This document shows positions 1 to 9,218 of a DNA stretch of 32,000 nt, one piece after another (within the stretch, counting starts at the first letter, position 1; every line of letters starts with the position of its first letter). Origin of the DNA: Aliivibrio fischeri ES114. Its GTDB lineage: Bacteria > Pseudomonadota > Gammaproteobacteria > Enterobacterales > Vibrionaceae. The position numbers and the translations under genes are program-made. The stretch lies in assembly GCF_000011805.1 (NCBI RefSeq), contig NC_006841.2. One strand, written 5' to 3'. A model generated the notes under the pieces. The model searched no databases, had not been told where the DNA came from, and worked only from the letters and a program-made list of their open reading frames with translations.

Positions 1-335
1 TTATAAACACGTCGACGCATTGAACGACCACGTAAACAAGCTCTTACTTGGTGATTTCCATATTCATCATCACCAGTATTGTCGGTTTCGACCCACTTAA
101 TTTCACCATTAGACACATGCATACGTAATGGGCAGCGGCTGCCACAGTTAACGGTACATGCACTCCAAACGACTTTATCTTCAGTCGTTGCAGGTTGTGG
201 TGCAGCAGAAGCAGAGCGAGAAGCAAAAGGAAGCGCTATACCACTAGTAATAGCTGTGATTCCACCCAATATAGACCCGCCTTTTACAAAACTGCGGCGG
301 CTTATTTTTGGGGTTAGCAATTGTTTTAATTTCAT
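1..335 (-). CDS. dmsA: DMSO-reductase-family molybdopterin oxidoreductase catalytic subunit (DmsA-like); N-terminal ~111 codons only, gene continues past the left edge
   Basis: Absent from the ORF track because it runs off the window. Reverse-complement from the ATG at 335 reads MKLKQLLTPKISRRSFVKGGSILGGITAITSGIALPFASRSASAAPQPATTEDKVVWSACTVNCGSRCPLRMHVSNGEIKWVETDNTGDDEYGNHQVRACLRGRSMRRRVY. It has a twin-arginine Tat signal (SRRSF) and then the Cys-rich CTVNCGSRC...C motif, closely recalling the E. coli DmsA N-terminus. Confidence 0.9.
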   Translation of the reverse strand, partial: MKLKQLLTPKISRRSFVKGGSILGGITAITSGIALPFASRSASAAPQPATTEDKVVWSACTVNCGSRCPLRMHVSNGEIKWVETDNTGDDEYGNHQVRACLRGRSMRRRVY

Positions 336-459
336 GTATCGACATTCTCTAAGTTATATCTTGGAATTGATATGTTCCGATGGAAATTATTATCATTACG
401 ATTACTACCTCTCAATGGGTAGTTATTCACATAATTTAATTTTTATATATAAATAAACA

Positions 460-473
460 TTGTTTTTGATCAA
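460..473. promoter_or_regulatory. FNR/CRP-family box in the dmsA / chaperone divergent intergenic region
   Basis: TTGTT-tttg-ATCAA matches 9 of 10 positions of the FNR consensus TTGAT-N4-ATCAA. It is centred about 131 bp upstream of the dmsA ATG. dms operons are classically FNR-activated. Confidence 0.4.
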
Positions 474-670
474 GCAAAAGAGACTGAGTTATAAATATGA
501 CTATTAATAAGCTTAAATGTATCGATTTTGGGAATGTTGTTTCATAGGAAGAATAACTTTGCTAAATATTGAATATATTAATAGTGAATTTAGTTGAGCG
601 AGAACAAAAAAAACCTTAACACTTATAGTAAGATTTAAATCAATGGTTAAATTTTTATATAAGAATATTA

Positions 671-1255
671 ATGGAAAACATAAGTGCTGCGGCAAAATTA
701 TTTGGTAGTCTTTTTTATTATCCACTAAATAATGAGAATAATACTCAATACATAAATTATATTAAGCAAAGTGAAGATTTGGATGATACTGAGTTTTCAA
801 ATTTTATCCGAGCGTATGAAGCGACAGATAATGAACTTGTTGCTGATGATTTTCAGCGTTTGTTTGAAGGGTGTGATGTTATGCCTGCACCACCTTGGGG
901 TTCAGTATACCTAGATAGAGAACAAGTTATATTTGGTGATTCAACTTTACGTTTCCGCCAGTTTTTACTTAACCATAATATTGAGTTAAACACGGGTATG
1001 AGGGAGCCAGAAGATCAATTTGGTCTTTCTTTATTAGCAATGGCTATGATGATTGATCAAGAAAAAGATGAAAGTGTTATTTCAGAGTTACTTTCAGAGC
1101 ATTTATTGCCTTGGTCATATCATTATTTAGAGTTAGTTAAAAAACACAGCAAAACAGATGTATATAAAACATTATCAGATATTACTGCTGGTTGGTTAGC
1201 TGCATTACAAAAAGAACTTAATATTACACCGCACGAATATAAGTTGTATTTTTAA
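671..1255 (+). CDS. TorD/DmsD-family redox-enzyme maturation chaperone
   Basis: 194 aa. Family hallmarks are present: PPWGSVYLD and EPEDQFGLSLLAMAMM, the latter matching the E(P)xDH-type motif. It is divergent from dmsA. Its TAA stop overlaps the next ATG (TAATG). Confidence 0.8.
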   Translation: MENISAAAKLFGSLFYYPLNNENNTQYINYIKQSEDLDDTEFSNFIRAYEATDNELVADDFQRLFEGCDVMPAPPWGSVYLDREQVIFGDSTLRFRQFLLNHNIELNTGMREPEDQFGLSLLAMAMMIDQEKDESVISELLSEHLLPWSYHYLELVKKHSKTDVYKTLSDITAGWLAALQKELNITPHEYKLYF

Positions 1256-1812
1256 TGAAAGATAAAAGAGATGAAAACTATTATCGTTCTTATTTGGAGC
1301 ATAAAACTGTAAGCCGACGTGGTTTATTTCGTGGACTATTGTCTGGTGCAAATAAATCATTAAAAGAGTCATCTCAAAATACAATTAAACCGACAGTAGC
1401 AAGATCTCCTTATGCTATTGAAGAGGGGCTATTTAGAGAGCTTTGCCAAGATTGCGAACAGTGCACTACTGCATGCCCTCAACATGTAATAGAGATGGTG
1501 GATGCCCGTCCTCAATTGAATCTTGATTATAATCACTGTACTTTTTGTGGAGAGTGCCAGTTGGTATGTGATTCAGGCGCTTTAGGTAAAGATCTAGGTA
1601 GTATCAATTTACAACCTGAGTTTATTTCAAGTTGTAATAATAAACTTTCTGGAAGGTGTGAAGTGTGTGCTGATGCTTGCCCGCAGAAAGCGATAATTAT
1701 CGAACCTAGAAAGTTGCCACAGGTGGACGCATCTTTATGTAATGGTTGTGGTTTATGCCGTTCTGCATGCTTTATTGGTGCTGTGCAAATGACCTTTGTC
1801 GTTCCAAGCTAG
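1255..1812 (+). CDS. NapF-like poly-[4Fe-4S] ferredoxin
   Basis: 185 aa with four Cys clusters: CQDCEQCTTACP, CTFCGECQLVCD, C..CEVCADACP and CNGCGLCRSACF. It also has an N-terminal vestigial Tat-like SRRGLFRGLL, as in NapF-type proteins. It is translationally coupled to the upstream chaperone gene. Confidence 0.75.
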   Translation: MKDKRDENYYRSYLEHKTVSRRGLFRGLLSGANKSLKESSQNTIKPTVARSPYAIEEGLFRELCQDCEQCTTACPQHVIEMVDARPQLNLDYNHCTFCGECQLVCDSGALGKDLGSINLQPEFISSCNNKLSGRCEVCADACPQKAIIIEPRKLPQVDASLCNGCGLCRSACFIGAVQMTFVVPS

Positions 1813-1831
1813 TATGTATTTAAATGCATTA

Positions 1832-1864
1832 AAAAAGGTGACAATTGAATGTCACCTTTTTTAT
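1832..1864. terminator. Bidirectional rho-independent terminator
   Basis: AAAAAGGTGACA-attgaa-TGTCACCTTTTT, a perfect 12-bp stem flanked by A- and T-runs, between convergent genes. Confidence 0.8.
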
Positions 1865-1890
1865 TATTATGCGAGAAAATAACCAGTGTA

Positions 1891-2985
1891 TTAACGCTGC
1901 TCTAATGGATAAGAGCGGTAACTCCACATACCATAAACGCGTAATGCATCTCGGTAGATACCTAATAGTTCTTTATCTGTAGGTACTTTTAACTCTTCAA
2001 GTGGGCGATCATTGGCAGAGTAAGTATCAAACGTGATCCCTTTAGGGCCGGTTTGCCAACTTGCAACTTCAAATAATGCTTGTCCACGACGAACGTGACT
2101 TGCAGAGCTGATGATAGTAGCATGATCGATATTATGTCGAGCTAATGCATAGCTACTGTATAAGGCATTTTCAACAGTACTTCTTGCGTAATTGTCTTCA
2201 ATGATACGTGATGCATCAATGCCGTTTTTCACTAACCAATCAGTCATCAGTTTGCCTTCGGTTTTGTGGTTTTTAGGAACGCCTCCCGTTACAACAATGT
2301 ATGAGTTAGGGTTTTTCTTCGCCATATCCAATGTTGCGTTTAAGCGATCAATCAAGATTGGGTTCATGCTGCCATCTGGGTTCAGAGCATAGCCTAAAGT
2401 AATAATGGCATTTTTGCCTTTACCCTGTTTTTTGATGGTATTACTTAATGGTGTTTCAACGATTCGGTCAATGGTTGACATTATCTTCTTCAGATCTGCA
2501 ACACGGCCTTTATTAAGCTGCTCTAATGCCGTTAAGTGACGTGTAACTTCGCTTTTATTCCCTTTGAAGTTCTGCCAGATCACAAGATAAGAATGTGCAT
2601 CTACATCATCTGGAGCCACGCTTAAAATTTGAGTAAAGAGTTCGATTGCGCGATCAACATTGCTGTTATAGATCTGAGCATTAGCAGCAGAAAAAAGTAG
2701 GTCAACACGGTAAGGTTCAAGTTGGTAAGCTTCAAGAAGACGATTAGTTATCATCTCCATGTTGCTTGGCATCTTTGCCGTAAACCCTGCATGTGAAATA
2801 CGTGAAGGGTTCTTAAATACCTGATAAGCATCATTTAAAAGCTGATCCACAACCTGACGTTGAGAGGTCATCTCTGTATAGTCAACTTGTGGTTGAACGG
2901 TATCTAAAGCAGCATCAACGTTTGTTGAGTATAGTGAGCCAGAGAAAATAACAGCAAGAGAAAGTGTAAGTAGGGTGCGTTTCAT
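1891..2985 (-). CDS. Exported TPR-like + DUF218 (YdcF/ElyC/SanA-type) domain protein
   Basis: 364 aa with an N-terminal signal peptide (MKRTLLTLSLAVIFSGSLYSTNVDA). The C-terminal half (ITLGYALNPDGS...VVTGGVP...EGKLMTDWLVKNGI...IIEDNYARSTVENA...ISSASHVRR) fits the DUF218 pattern. The middle region is helical-repeat-like. Confidence 0.65.
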   Translation of the reverse strand: MKRTLLTLSLAVIFSGSLYSTNVDAALDTVQPQVDYTEMTSQRQVVDQLLNDAYQVFKNPSRISHAGFTAKMPSNMEMITNRLLEAYQLEPYRVDLLFSAANAQIYNSNVDRAIELFTQILSVAPDDVDAHSYLVIWQNFKGNKSEVTRHLTALEQLNKGRVADLKKIMSTIDRIVETPLSNTIKKQGKGKNAIITLGYALNPDGSMNPILIDRLNATLDMAKKNPNSYIVVTGGVPKNHKTEGKLMTDWLVKNGIDASRIIEDNYARSTVENALYSSYALARHNIDHATIISSASHVRRGQALFEVASWQTGPKGITFDTYSANDRPLEELKVPTDKELLGIYRDALRVYGMWSYRSYPLEQR

Positions 2986-3112
2986 TGTTTTTTATTCCAA
3001 AGGGTAAACGTAGTTTAATCCTATTACTTGAAAATAAAGAGTATTGTGAGCGCAATCGTATTTGGTTTTATTGGATTGAAGTGAATCCTAATAGTGTGAA
3101 CTAATGTCACAC

Positions 3113-3144
3113 AAGAAAATAAGTAGGGCATGATAACCCTACTT
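3113..3144 (-). terminator. Probable terminator of ggt
   Basis: AAGTAGGG-catgataa-CCCTACTT hairpin just downstream of the ggt stop, followed on the minus strand by ATTTTCTT. Confidence 0.55.
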
Positions 3145-3152
3145 TATCTGTT

Positions 3153-4907
3153 TTATTTTGTAATAACCTTACCTTCACGACGGGGATCGGCTGCACCAAT
3201 AAGTGAGTTTTCTTGCAGTTTAATCGCTTGAACGCCAGAGTTTAGTTCTTTAACTTGAACTTTAAATCCTAGCTTTTCTAATTTAGGAACCCACGCTTCG
3301 GCTGGCGTATCTTTCTCTATTTCAAATGCCCCAAATCGATTATTCATATTAGGTAAGTCAATCGCTTGTTGTAAATTTAAGCCCCAATCAAGATGAGCAA
3401 CCAAGGTTTTAGCTACATACCCTATAATTTGGCTGCCACCGGGAGAGCCAATTGCTATATAAGGTTTATTGTCTTTCATCACAATCGTCGGTGCCATGGA
3501 GGATCTCGGACGTTTTCCCGGTTCAATACGGTTGGCGATTGGTATGCCATTAACGTGGCTTCTAAAGGAGAAATCGGTTAACTCATTATTTAATAAGAAC
3601 CCTCTGACCATTAAGCGAGAACCAAAACCATTTTCTATTGTGGTGGTGATTGAAACGACATTACGCTCATTATCGACAATAGAAAAATGACTCGTAGAAG
3701 GTAATTCAATCGCTTCGTCTAAAGCGTAATTATTGGCATGTGACCACGGAGGTGAACCTGCTGTGGTCTCAACTAACGCATTTTCACCTTGTAATAATTG
3801 GGCTCGTTGTTCCAAATAGTTTTTGTCTAATAAGCCTTGAGTTGGCATTGGTACATAATCACTGTCAGCTATGTACTTACCTCTATCTGCAAAAGCTAAC
3901 CGAGAAGCATCACCGAGCAATCTCCAGCTTTGTACGTTATCCTTACCCATGTTTGAGATTGGGTAATGGCTGAGTATTCCCATGATTTGCCCAAGGGTTA
4001 ATGCGCCGGAACTTGGCGGTCCCATTCCACAGATCGCATATTGACGATAAGGTGCACAGACTGGCTCACGCTCTTTCACTTGATAAGCTGTAAAATCAAT
4101 TAAATTAAGCACCCCAGGGTTAGAGGTTTCATTTCTTACTGTATTTACAATATCTTCTGCGATTTCTCCTTGATAGAACGCCTTTGCTCCTTGCTCTGAA
4201 ATCGCTTCTAATGTATTGGCATATTGAAGGTTTTTAAGTTGTTGTCCTGCTTTAATTGGGGAACCATCTTGATTAAAGAAATAGGCTTTTGTTACTGGAG
4301 AACGCTGTAGAAATTCTTGGTCATTATCAACCAACTTAGCTAAACGAGGACTAACTATAAAGCCTTCCGTTGCCAACTTTATTGCTGGTTTAAATAAGGT
4401 TTTCCAATCTAATTTCCCAAGCTTTTGGTGGGTATCCCACATTAGTTTTATTGTGCCAGGAGTACCAACCGATCGTCCTCCTACAACAGCGTCATAAAAC
4501 TTAAGAGGCTCTCCTTTTTGATCTTGAAAGAGTTGAGGCGTAACTGCTAGTGGGGCAGTTTCTCTTCCATCAAAAGTCGTTAGATCTTGTTTTTTTGCAT
4601 CCCAGTAAACAAGGAATGCGCCGCCACCGATGCCTGAAGATTGAGGCTCAACTAAGCCAAGAACTAATTGGGTTGCCACCATCGCATCAATGGCATTACC
4701 GCCTTTGCGTAGCATTTCTGCTCCTGCTTCACTAGCATAAGGATTTGCAGAAGCAATCATCCATTCTTTGCCTTTAACTAGGTTCTGTTTGGTTAACCCT
4801 GTTGAGGCTTCTGGAGCAATATTGTCCGTGCTTTGAGCTGAGAATGATGCGGGACTTACGATAGAGGTAGAGATTAATAAGGCGAGTGTTGACGCTTTCC
4901 ATTGCAT
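3153..4907 (-). CDS. ggt: Gamma-glutamyltranspeptidase
   Basis: 584 aa with a signal peptide. It has the conserved autoprocessing/nucleophile site (PSTSHFSIVD), GGGAFL, and the GSPGGSQII C-terminal motif. Confidence 0.9.
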   Translation of the reverse strand: MQWKASTLALLISTSIVSPASFSAQSTDNIAPEASTGLTKQNLVKGKEWMIASANPYASEAGAEMLRKGGNAIDAMVATQLVLGLVEPQSSGIGGGAFLVYWDAKKQDLTTFDGRETAPLAVTPQLFQDQKGEPLKFYDAVVGGRSVGTPGTIKLMWDTHQKLGKLDWKTLFKPAIKLATEGFIVSPRLAKLVDNDQEFLQRSPVTKAYFFNQDGSPIKAGQQLKNLQYANTLEAISEQGAKAFYQGEIAEDIVNTVRNETSNPGVLNLIDFTAYQVKEREPVCAPYRQYAICGMGPPSSGALTLGQIMGILSHYPISNMGKDNVQSWRLLGDASRLAFADRGKYIADSDYVPMPTQGLLDKNYLEQRAQLLQGENALVETTAGSPPWSHANNYALDEAIELPSTSHFSIVDNERNVVSITTTIENGFGSRLMVRGFLLNNELTDFSFRSHVNGIPIANRIEPGKRPRSSMAPTIVMKDNKPYIAIGSPGGSQIIGYVAKTLVAHLDWGLNLQQAIDLPNMNNRFGAFEIEKDTPAEAWVPKLEKLGFKVQVKELNSGVQAIKLQENSLIGAADPRREGKVITK

Positions 4908-5020
4908 AGAAGCTCCTAGTCTAACAAAGAAGATTGGGTTAGATAAAAAGACTGACAGAGGACAAGAAGAGTGTCGAATAGCTTATTATGGTTCTTGGTT
5001 GATGCTCACATTTTAAACGA

Positions 5021-5047
5021 ATTGAGAGTGAGTCATTCACTCTCAAT
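5021..5047 (-). terminator. Hairpin downstream of the MBL-fold hydrolase gene (weak T-tract)
   Basis: ATTGAGAGTGA-gtcat-TCACTCTCAAT, a perfect 11-bp stem 22 nt after the stop. The trailing U-run is poor. Confidence 0.45.
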
Positions 5048-5068
5048 GTTGTGCTTTATGAAGTTAAG

Positions 5069-6136
5069 TTACATTTCACGCCACCAATGAGATGTTACTT
5101 TTGGGTCTGTGATCATGATTTTCTCTCCAATAATTGGGGTGACTAAACGTACTTTTTTTTCGGCACTAATAGCAGATACCTGTTCTAGAGGATCTTGCCA
5201 ATCGTGCAGGGCTAAATCAAACGTACTATTATGAATTGGCATCATAGTTTGTCCTTTAACATCTAAATGTGCTTGTACACTTTGTGATGGGAACATATGA
5301 ATATCTGACCATAATTCATTATATGCGCCAGTTTCAACCATCGTTAAGTCAAATGGACCGTATTTATCGCCGATCTCTTTAAATCCAGAAAAATAACCAG
5401 AGTCGCCACTAAAGAAAAGGTTTGCTTGCTTGCCTTTGATGACCCAACTTCCCCATAACGTGCTGTTTTTATCTGTTAAACCACGACCTGAGAAATGTTG
5501 GGTCGGTGCAAAAGAGAATTCAATATGACTAATCGTATGAGATTGCCACCAATCAAACTCGGTGATCTTATTTTCTTCTACACCCCATTTTTTGAGTAAT
5601 TTCCCAACACGAAGAGGAACGACAAAGTGCTCTACTTTATCGTTTAACTGTTTTACTGCATGCTTATCGAGATGATCATAATGGTCATGGCTAATAGCAA
5701 CCACTTGAATTGTTGGGAGATCAGAAATTGAGATAGGCGCAGCATGAAAACGTTTTGGCCCCGCCCATTGAACAGGTGAAGCGCGATCACTAAAAACAGG
5801 ATCAGTTAAGATAAGTTGACCGTCAAGTTTGATCAAAACAGAGGAATGTCCAAGGCGATATAGCACGGCTTCTTTTTCTTGCATTAAATCATCAATAGAA
5901 ATGGCTTGAACAGGTACTGTATTTTTAGGTGTCGCCTCAACTCTTGTGGTTGAAATGTATGCTTTAGCGATATCCCAAATATTACTTGTACTGGTCGTGT
6001 ATTCCATCTCGCTGTTTTTAAAACGAGCTTGGGAATCCTTCTCACCTTGTTGGAAATAAGAAAAAGTGAAAGCCATGACGGTAACTCCTATTAAAGCGAT
6101 CTTTTTATTGATAATCAAAGTACGTTCTTTTTTCAT
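5069..6136 (-). CDS. Membrane-anchored MBL-fold metallo-hydrolase (NAPE-PLD-like family)
   Basis: It has an SHDHYDHLD metal-binding motif and an N-terminal TM segment (IALIGVTVMAFTF). I prefer the ATG at 6136 (MKKERTL), which follows AAGGGA by 7 nt, over the track start at 6172. Confidence 0.75.
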   Translation of the reverse strand: MKKERTLIINKKIALIGVTVMAFTFSYFQQGEKDSQARFKNSEMEYTTSTSNIWDIAKAYISTTRVEATPKNTVPVQAISIDDLMQEKEAVLYRLGHSSVLIKLDGQLILTDPVFSDRASPVQWAGPKRFHAAPISISDLPTIQVVAISHDHYDHLDKHAVKQLNDKVEHFVVPLRVGKLLKKWGVEENKITEFDWWQSHTISHIEFSFAPTQHFSGRGLTDKNSTLWGSWVIKGKQANLFFSGDSGYFSGFKEIGDKYGPFDLTMVETGAYNELWSDIHMFPSQSVQAHLDVKGQTMMPIHNSTFDLALHDWQDPLEQVSAISAEKKVRLVTPIIGEKIMITDPKVTSHWWREM

Positions 6137-6253
6137 ATTTATCCCTTTTAACCACTCGTCATGTCTAAACACTTTCTTACTGTGATTGGTATTAGAGTAG
6201 CTAATTTTCCTTATTTCGTCGTTTTCCTTACGAGGATTCAGCCCTCTTATAAA

Positions 6254-6307
6254 GTAAACTACACCGACTAGTTTACATTTTAAAAGTGAAAAGTAAACTA
6301 GTTAGTG
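6254..6307. promoter_or_regulatory. Two copies of a GTAAACTAGT-type palindromic operator, probable TetR site
   Basis: GTAAACTA-caccgac-TAGTTTAC (6254-6276) and GTAAACTAGTTAGTG (6293-6307) lie in the 200-bp divergent region between the hydrolase and TetR genes. Both contain the AACTAGTT/ACTAGT palindrome. Confidence 0.55.
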
Positions 6308-6370
6308 TAAAATGAATCGCAGTGGTGACAGTTTTTAATCGTTATCATGTTCTATATTTAAGGTATCTTT

Positions 6371-6985
6371 ATGATTGAAAAGAAAAAAAATCGAAGTAAA
6401 TTAAAGCGTGAAGCGATTCTCGCGGCAGCGAAAAAGGCATATCAAGATGATGGTGTGCAAAATACTAGCATGGATAAACTGGCATCTTTAGCTCAAGTAT
6501 CAAAACGCACGGTTTATAATCACTTTTCATCTAAAGAAGCCTTAGTTATGGAGTTATTGTCTGATTTATGGCAAAACTCGATGGCAGATATTGATATTCA
6601 GTTTTCTGAAAATGTGAGTATTCAGGACCAATTAGAGCGATTGCTGCTCGCTGAGTTGAACGTTATTGGTGCTCAATCGTATCTAGACTTAGCGAAAGTG
6701 GCCTTTGGTCATTTCTTTTATAAACCTGATGAATTGCAACTTCAGGTTGAAAAAATGGCAGAGCAAGAGACGGCGTTATCTCGTTGGTTACAGTTAATGA
6801 TGGACACAAAAAAGCTGACTATTGAAGATAAGCATAAAGCGGGAGTTCAATTACATAGCTTATTAAAAGGCAGTGCTTTTTGGCCTCAGTTAGTGGGTAT
6901 GAGGGCTGTTTTATCTTCGGAAGAGAAAGAACAACTGGTTACTGAAACGGCTGATATGTTTTTGAGTCGTTATTTAAAAAGATAA
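6371..6985 (+). CDS. TetR/AcrR-family transcriptional regulator
   Basis: 204 aa with an N-terminal HTH (SMDKLASLAQVSKRTVYNHFSSKEAL). Confidence 0.85.
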   Translation: MIEKKKNRSKLKREAILAAAKKAYQDDGVQNTSMDKLASLAQVSKRTVYNHFSSKEALVMELLSDLWQNSMADIDIQFSENVSIQDQLERLLLAELNVIGAQSYLDLAKVAFGHFFYKPDELQLQVEKMAEQETALSRWLQLMMDTKKLTIEDKHKAGVQLHSLLKGSAFWPQLVGMRAVLSSEEKEQLVTETADMFLSRYLKR

Positions 6986-7107
6986 AAAAGAAATACGATA
7001 AACGTCACAAGGCTCAAATACATACCAAAAAGATCCACCAGTTACAGTAATAATAGGCTAAAAAATACTCTATCATTGTGTGTGTATTCAATGAGTAGGT
7101 GGGCTTA

Positions 7108-8079
7108 ATGAAACAAAAGGATTTTTTTCTATATGCCGTTATGAGTGTGTTTTTAGGTATGCAAGGATGTGCATCATCTTCAGACATCAAGCAGAATGTA
7201 GGTACTTCTGAGATTGCTCATACAAAACAAACATTACAAATTGCTGGTCTAAAACATTGTAATAACGAAGGTAACGACTCAATTCACTTAAACCCAGATG
7301 AACCCTTAACAATTATTGTTCATGGTTGTTTTTCGTCTGCTGGACGCTTTGAGACCTTAGCCGATGTTTATGGACTATACGACCAACAAGCCATTTGTTT
7401 TGAATATGATGATAGAAAAAGTCTAGAAGACACATCAGGTGAGCTTGTAGCGGCTTTAAATCAGCTATCAACTCAAAATCCGAATCAAGACCTGCATGTC
7501 ATTGGCCATAGCCAAGGAGGGTTGGTTGCCCGACGTGCATTAACTTCAGAAAGAGAAGACCAACAAACGGTCACGGCTAAGAAAGTGCAATTAACAACGG
7601 TTTCATCTCCCTTTAATGGTATTGAAATTTCATCGCACTGCGGAATAACGCCTCTACGTATTCTCTCATTAGGTATTGTCGATTTGATTTGTTATGCCGT
7701 GACGGGAGAAAAATATCAACAAATACCGCCGAATGCTGATTTTATCGAGCAACCAGGTGATCTTGTCGCATCAGTCTCTCAGCATTTGGTGATCAAAACT
7801 GATGAGCGAAATTCGTGTCGTAAGGAAAATGACAAAGGAGAGTGCATTGAGGACGATTACGTTTTCAGTGTTAATGAACAATCAAATAATCAAGTTGATG
7901 ATGGTGTGAACACGGATTTAGTAACTGTAAAAGCCGGTCATGTTGAGATTGTTGGAAATGGAGAGTCAGTACCAACAGATCTAATTAATATATTAAAGCA
8001 GAAAGAAGTATTGGTGGATAAATCGGGTGTTGATGAACAAAAACAAGGTTATTTAATTAATCAATTATATTTTGATTAA
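7108..8079 (+). CDS. Probable lipoprotein alpha/beta-hydrolase (lipase/esterase fold)
   Basis: It has a GHSQGG nucleophile elbow and the signal MKQKDFFLYAVMSVFLGMQGC, with Cys as a possible lipidation site. The ATG at 7108 is preceded by AGGTGG, so I prefer it to the GTG at 7099. Confidence 0.65.
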   Translation: MKQKDFFLYAVMSVFLGMQGCASSSDIKQNVGTSEIAHTKQTLQIAGLKHCNNEGNDSIHLNPDEPLTIIVHGCFSSAGRFETLADVYGLYDQQAICFEYDDRKSLEDTSGELVAALNQLSTQNPNQDLHVIGHSQGGLVARRALTSEREDQQTVTAKKVQLTTVSSPFNGIEISSHCGITPLRILSLGIVDLICYAVTGEKYQQIPPNADFIEQPGDLVASVSQHLVIKTDERNSCRKENDKGECIEDDYVFSVNEQSNNQVDDGVNTDLVTVKAGHVEIVGNGESVPTDLINILKQKEVLVDKSGVDEQKQGYLINQLYFD

Positions 8080-8084
8080 ATAGT

Positions 8085-9218
8085 TTAGTTTTTTAATGTT
8101 CTTAAATACTTCCAATATTGGTTATTTGATTTGTTAATTGGAAAGTGTCCATACTCATTTTTTTGATCCAATGAAATTAATTTGAACAATTCAGTATCAT
8201 TATTATATTGATTTTCATAAATATAGACATCGCCTATAACGCCTCTTTGAGTTTGACTTTTAATTACGTGAACTGAAGATACATTGTTATTAAATGAATC
8301 GATAATTTGTGCATTATCATCCATATATGATAATGAAGTATATTCACCTGTATAATTTGCACTTTTATATAAAATAACTGAAAAGCCATCAGGAATGATT
8401 AATGATGATAGTTCTTTTGAAAAATCACCTAATAAAGGAGAGCTATTTTTTAATTTATATTTTTTTCCTTTATGGCCTTTGTCACTATAAAGCACAACTT
8501 CTTTATGATCAGTATAGCTTGGATACATATAATTTATAGTATATATATCTCCCATACTTAAGCCATCTCTTCTACCTATTTTTTCACCATTGAGAGTAGT
8601 GATTGTTGGCCACGCACTTGTTGAAAAAGTGTGTGTAGAATAATGGGTTATTGAAGCGTAATCATAACCCCTAATATTTTCTGATTCGGAGCCATTTATT
8701 TGAAAATTTTGTCTTTTATCTTTCCGAATTCGATCCCAGTGAATGGTAATATATGAGTCTCTGTCTGAACGGTTATGTTCATGAAACATTCCAATAGCAT
8801 GTGCAAATTCATGTACAACAGAGAGGCGAGTACAGCCACCTATTTTCATGAACTGCTCTCCACCACGTCTTCCTATCTTAGCAGAGCATCCGGATCCATC
8901 TTCACTATTAATATTTATAAAATCAGGGTATTTATCTTTATTTATGTTATTTCTTTCTATAAATTTTAGGTTGGTAACACTTTCTATATGTTGAATAGCA
9001 CTTAAAACGGCCTCTCTTTTTCGAACTGGTGGAGTATTATCAAATTGGTAAGGAATTGTATTATTTATCCATTTGTACCTAAAATCAGAAACAATGTGTG
9101 AATATACTTGCATTCTCATGTTTTCTTCATACGAATCAGTATCACACATATCATCATTAGCATTTAATGAAACTGAAAAGATATAAGTTGGGAGTAAATA
9201 GATAATAATATTTTTCAT
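8085..9218 (-). CDS. Secreted astacin-family (M12A) zinc metalloprotease with a C-terminal beta/gamma-crystallin-like domain
   Basis: It has the zinc motif HEFAHAIGMFHEHNRSDRD (HExxHxxGxxHE...R.DRD). Other astacin features are RYKWINNTIPYQF, GCSAKIGRRGGEQ...GGC, and YDYASITHY at the Met-turn/Tyr-switch position. The signal peptide ends ...SLNA. The C-terminal region carries Y-x4-Y-x-G Greek-key signatures (LYKSANYTGEY...VSSVHV). Confidence 0.85.
   Translation of the reverse strand: MKNIIIYLLPTYIFSVSLNANDDMCDTDSYEENMRMQVYSHIVSDFRYKWINNTIPYQFDNTPPVRKREAVLSAIQHIESVTNLKFIERNNINKDKYPDFININSEDGSGCSAKIGRRGGEQFMKIGGCTRLSVVHEFAHAIGMFHEHNRSDRDSYITIHWDRIRKDKRQNFQINGSESENIRGYDYASITHYSTHTFSTSAWPTITTLNGEKIGRRDGLSMGDIYTINYMYPSYTDHKEVVLYSDKGHKGKKYKLKNSSPLLGDFSKELSSLIIPDGFSVILYKSANYTGEYTSLSYMDDNAQIIDSFNNNVSSVHVIKSQTQRGVIGDVYIYENQYNNDTELFKLISLDQKNEYGHFPINKSNNQYWKYLRTLKN

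Noticed and set aside
1-335. DmsA-type molybdoenzyme as the output of the TtrSR-like system
   Set aside because: It is about 24 kb away, separated by many unrelated transcription units, and has its own FNR-type control region. The N-terminus resembles DmsA rather than TtrA or PhsA.
44-456. Track ORFs 44..226 (-) and 79..456 (+)
   Set aside because: Both overlap the clearly recognisable DmsA N-terminal coding frame (1..335, minus) or its promoter. They have no motifs and low-complexity translations, so they are shadow ORFs.
6137-6172. Longer start (ATG 6172, MFRHDEWLKGIN...) for the MBL-fold hydrolase
   Set aside because: The internal ATG at 6136 has a well-placed AAGGGA SD and yields a standard positively charged N-terminus before the TM segment. 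The upstream extension has no SD.
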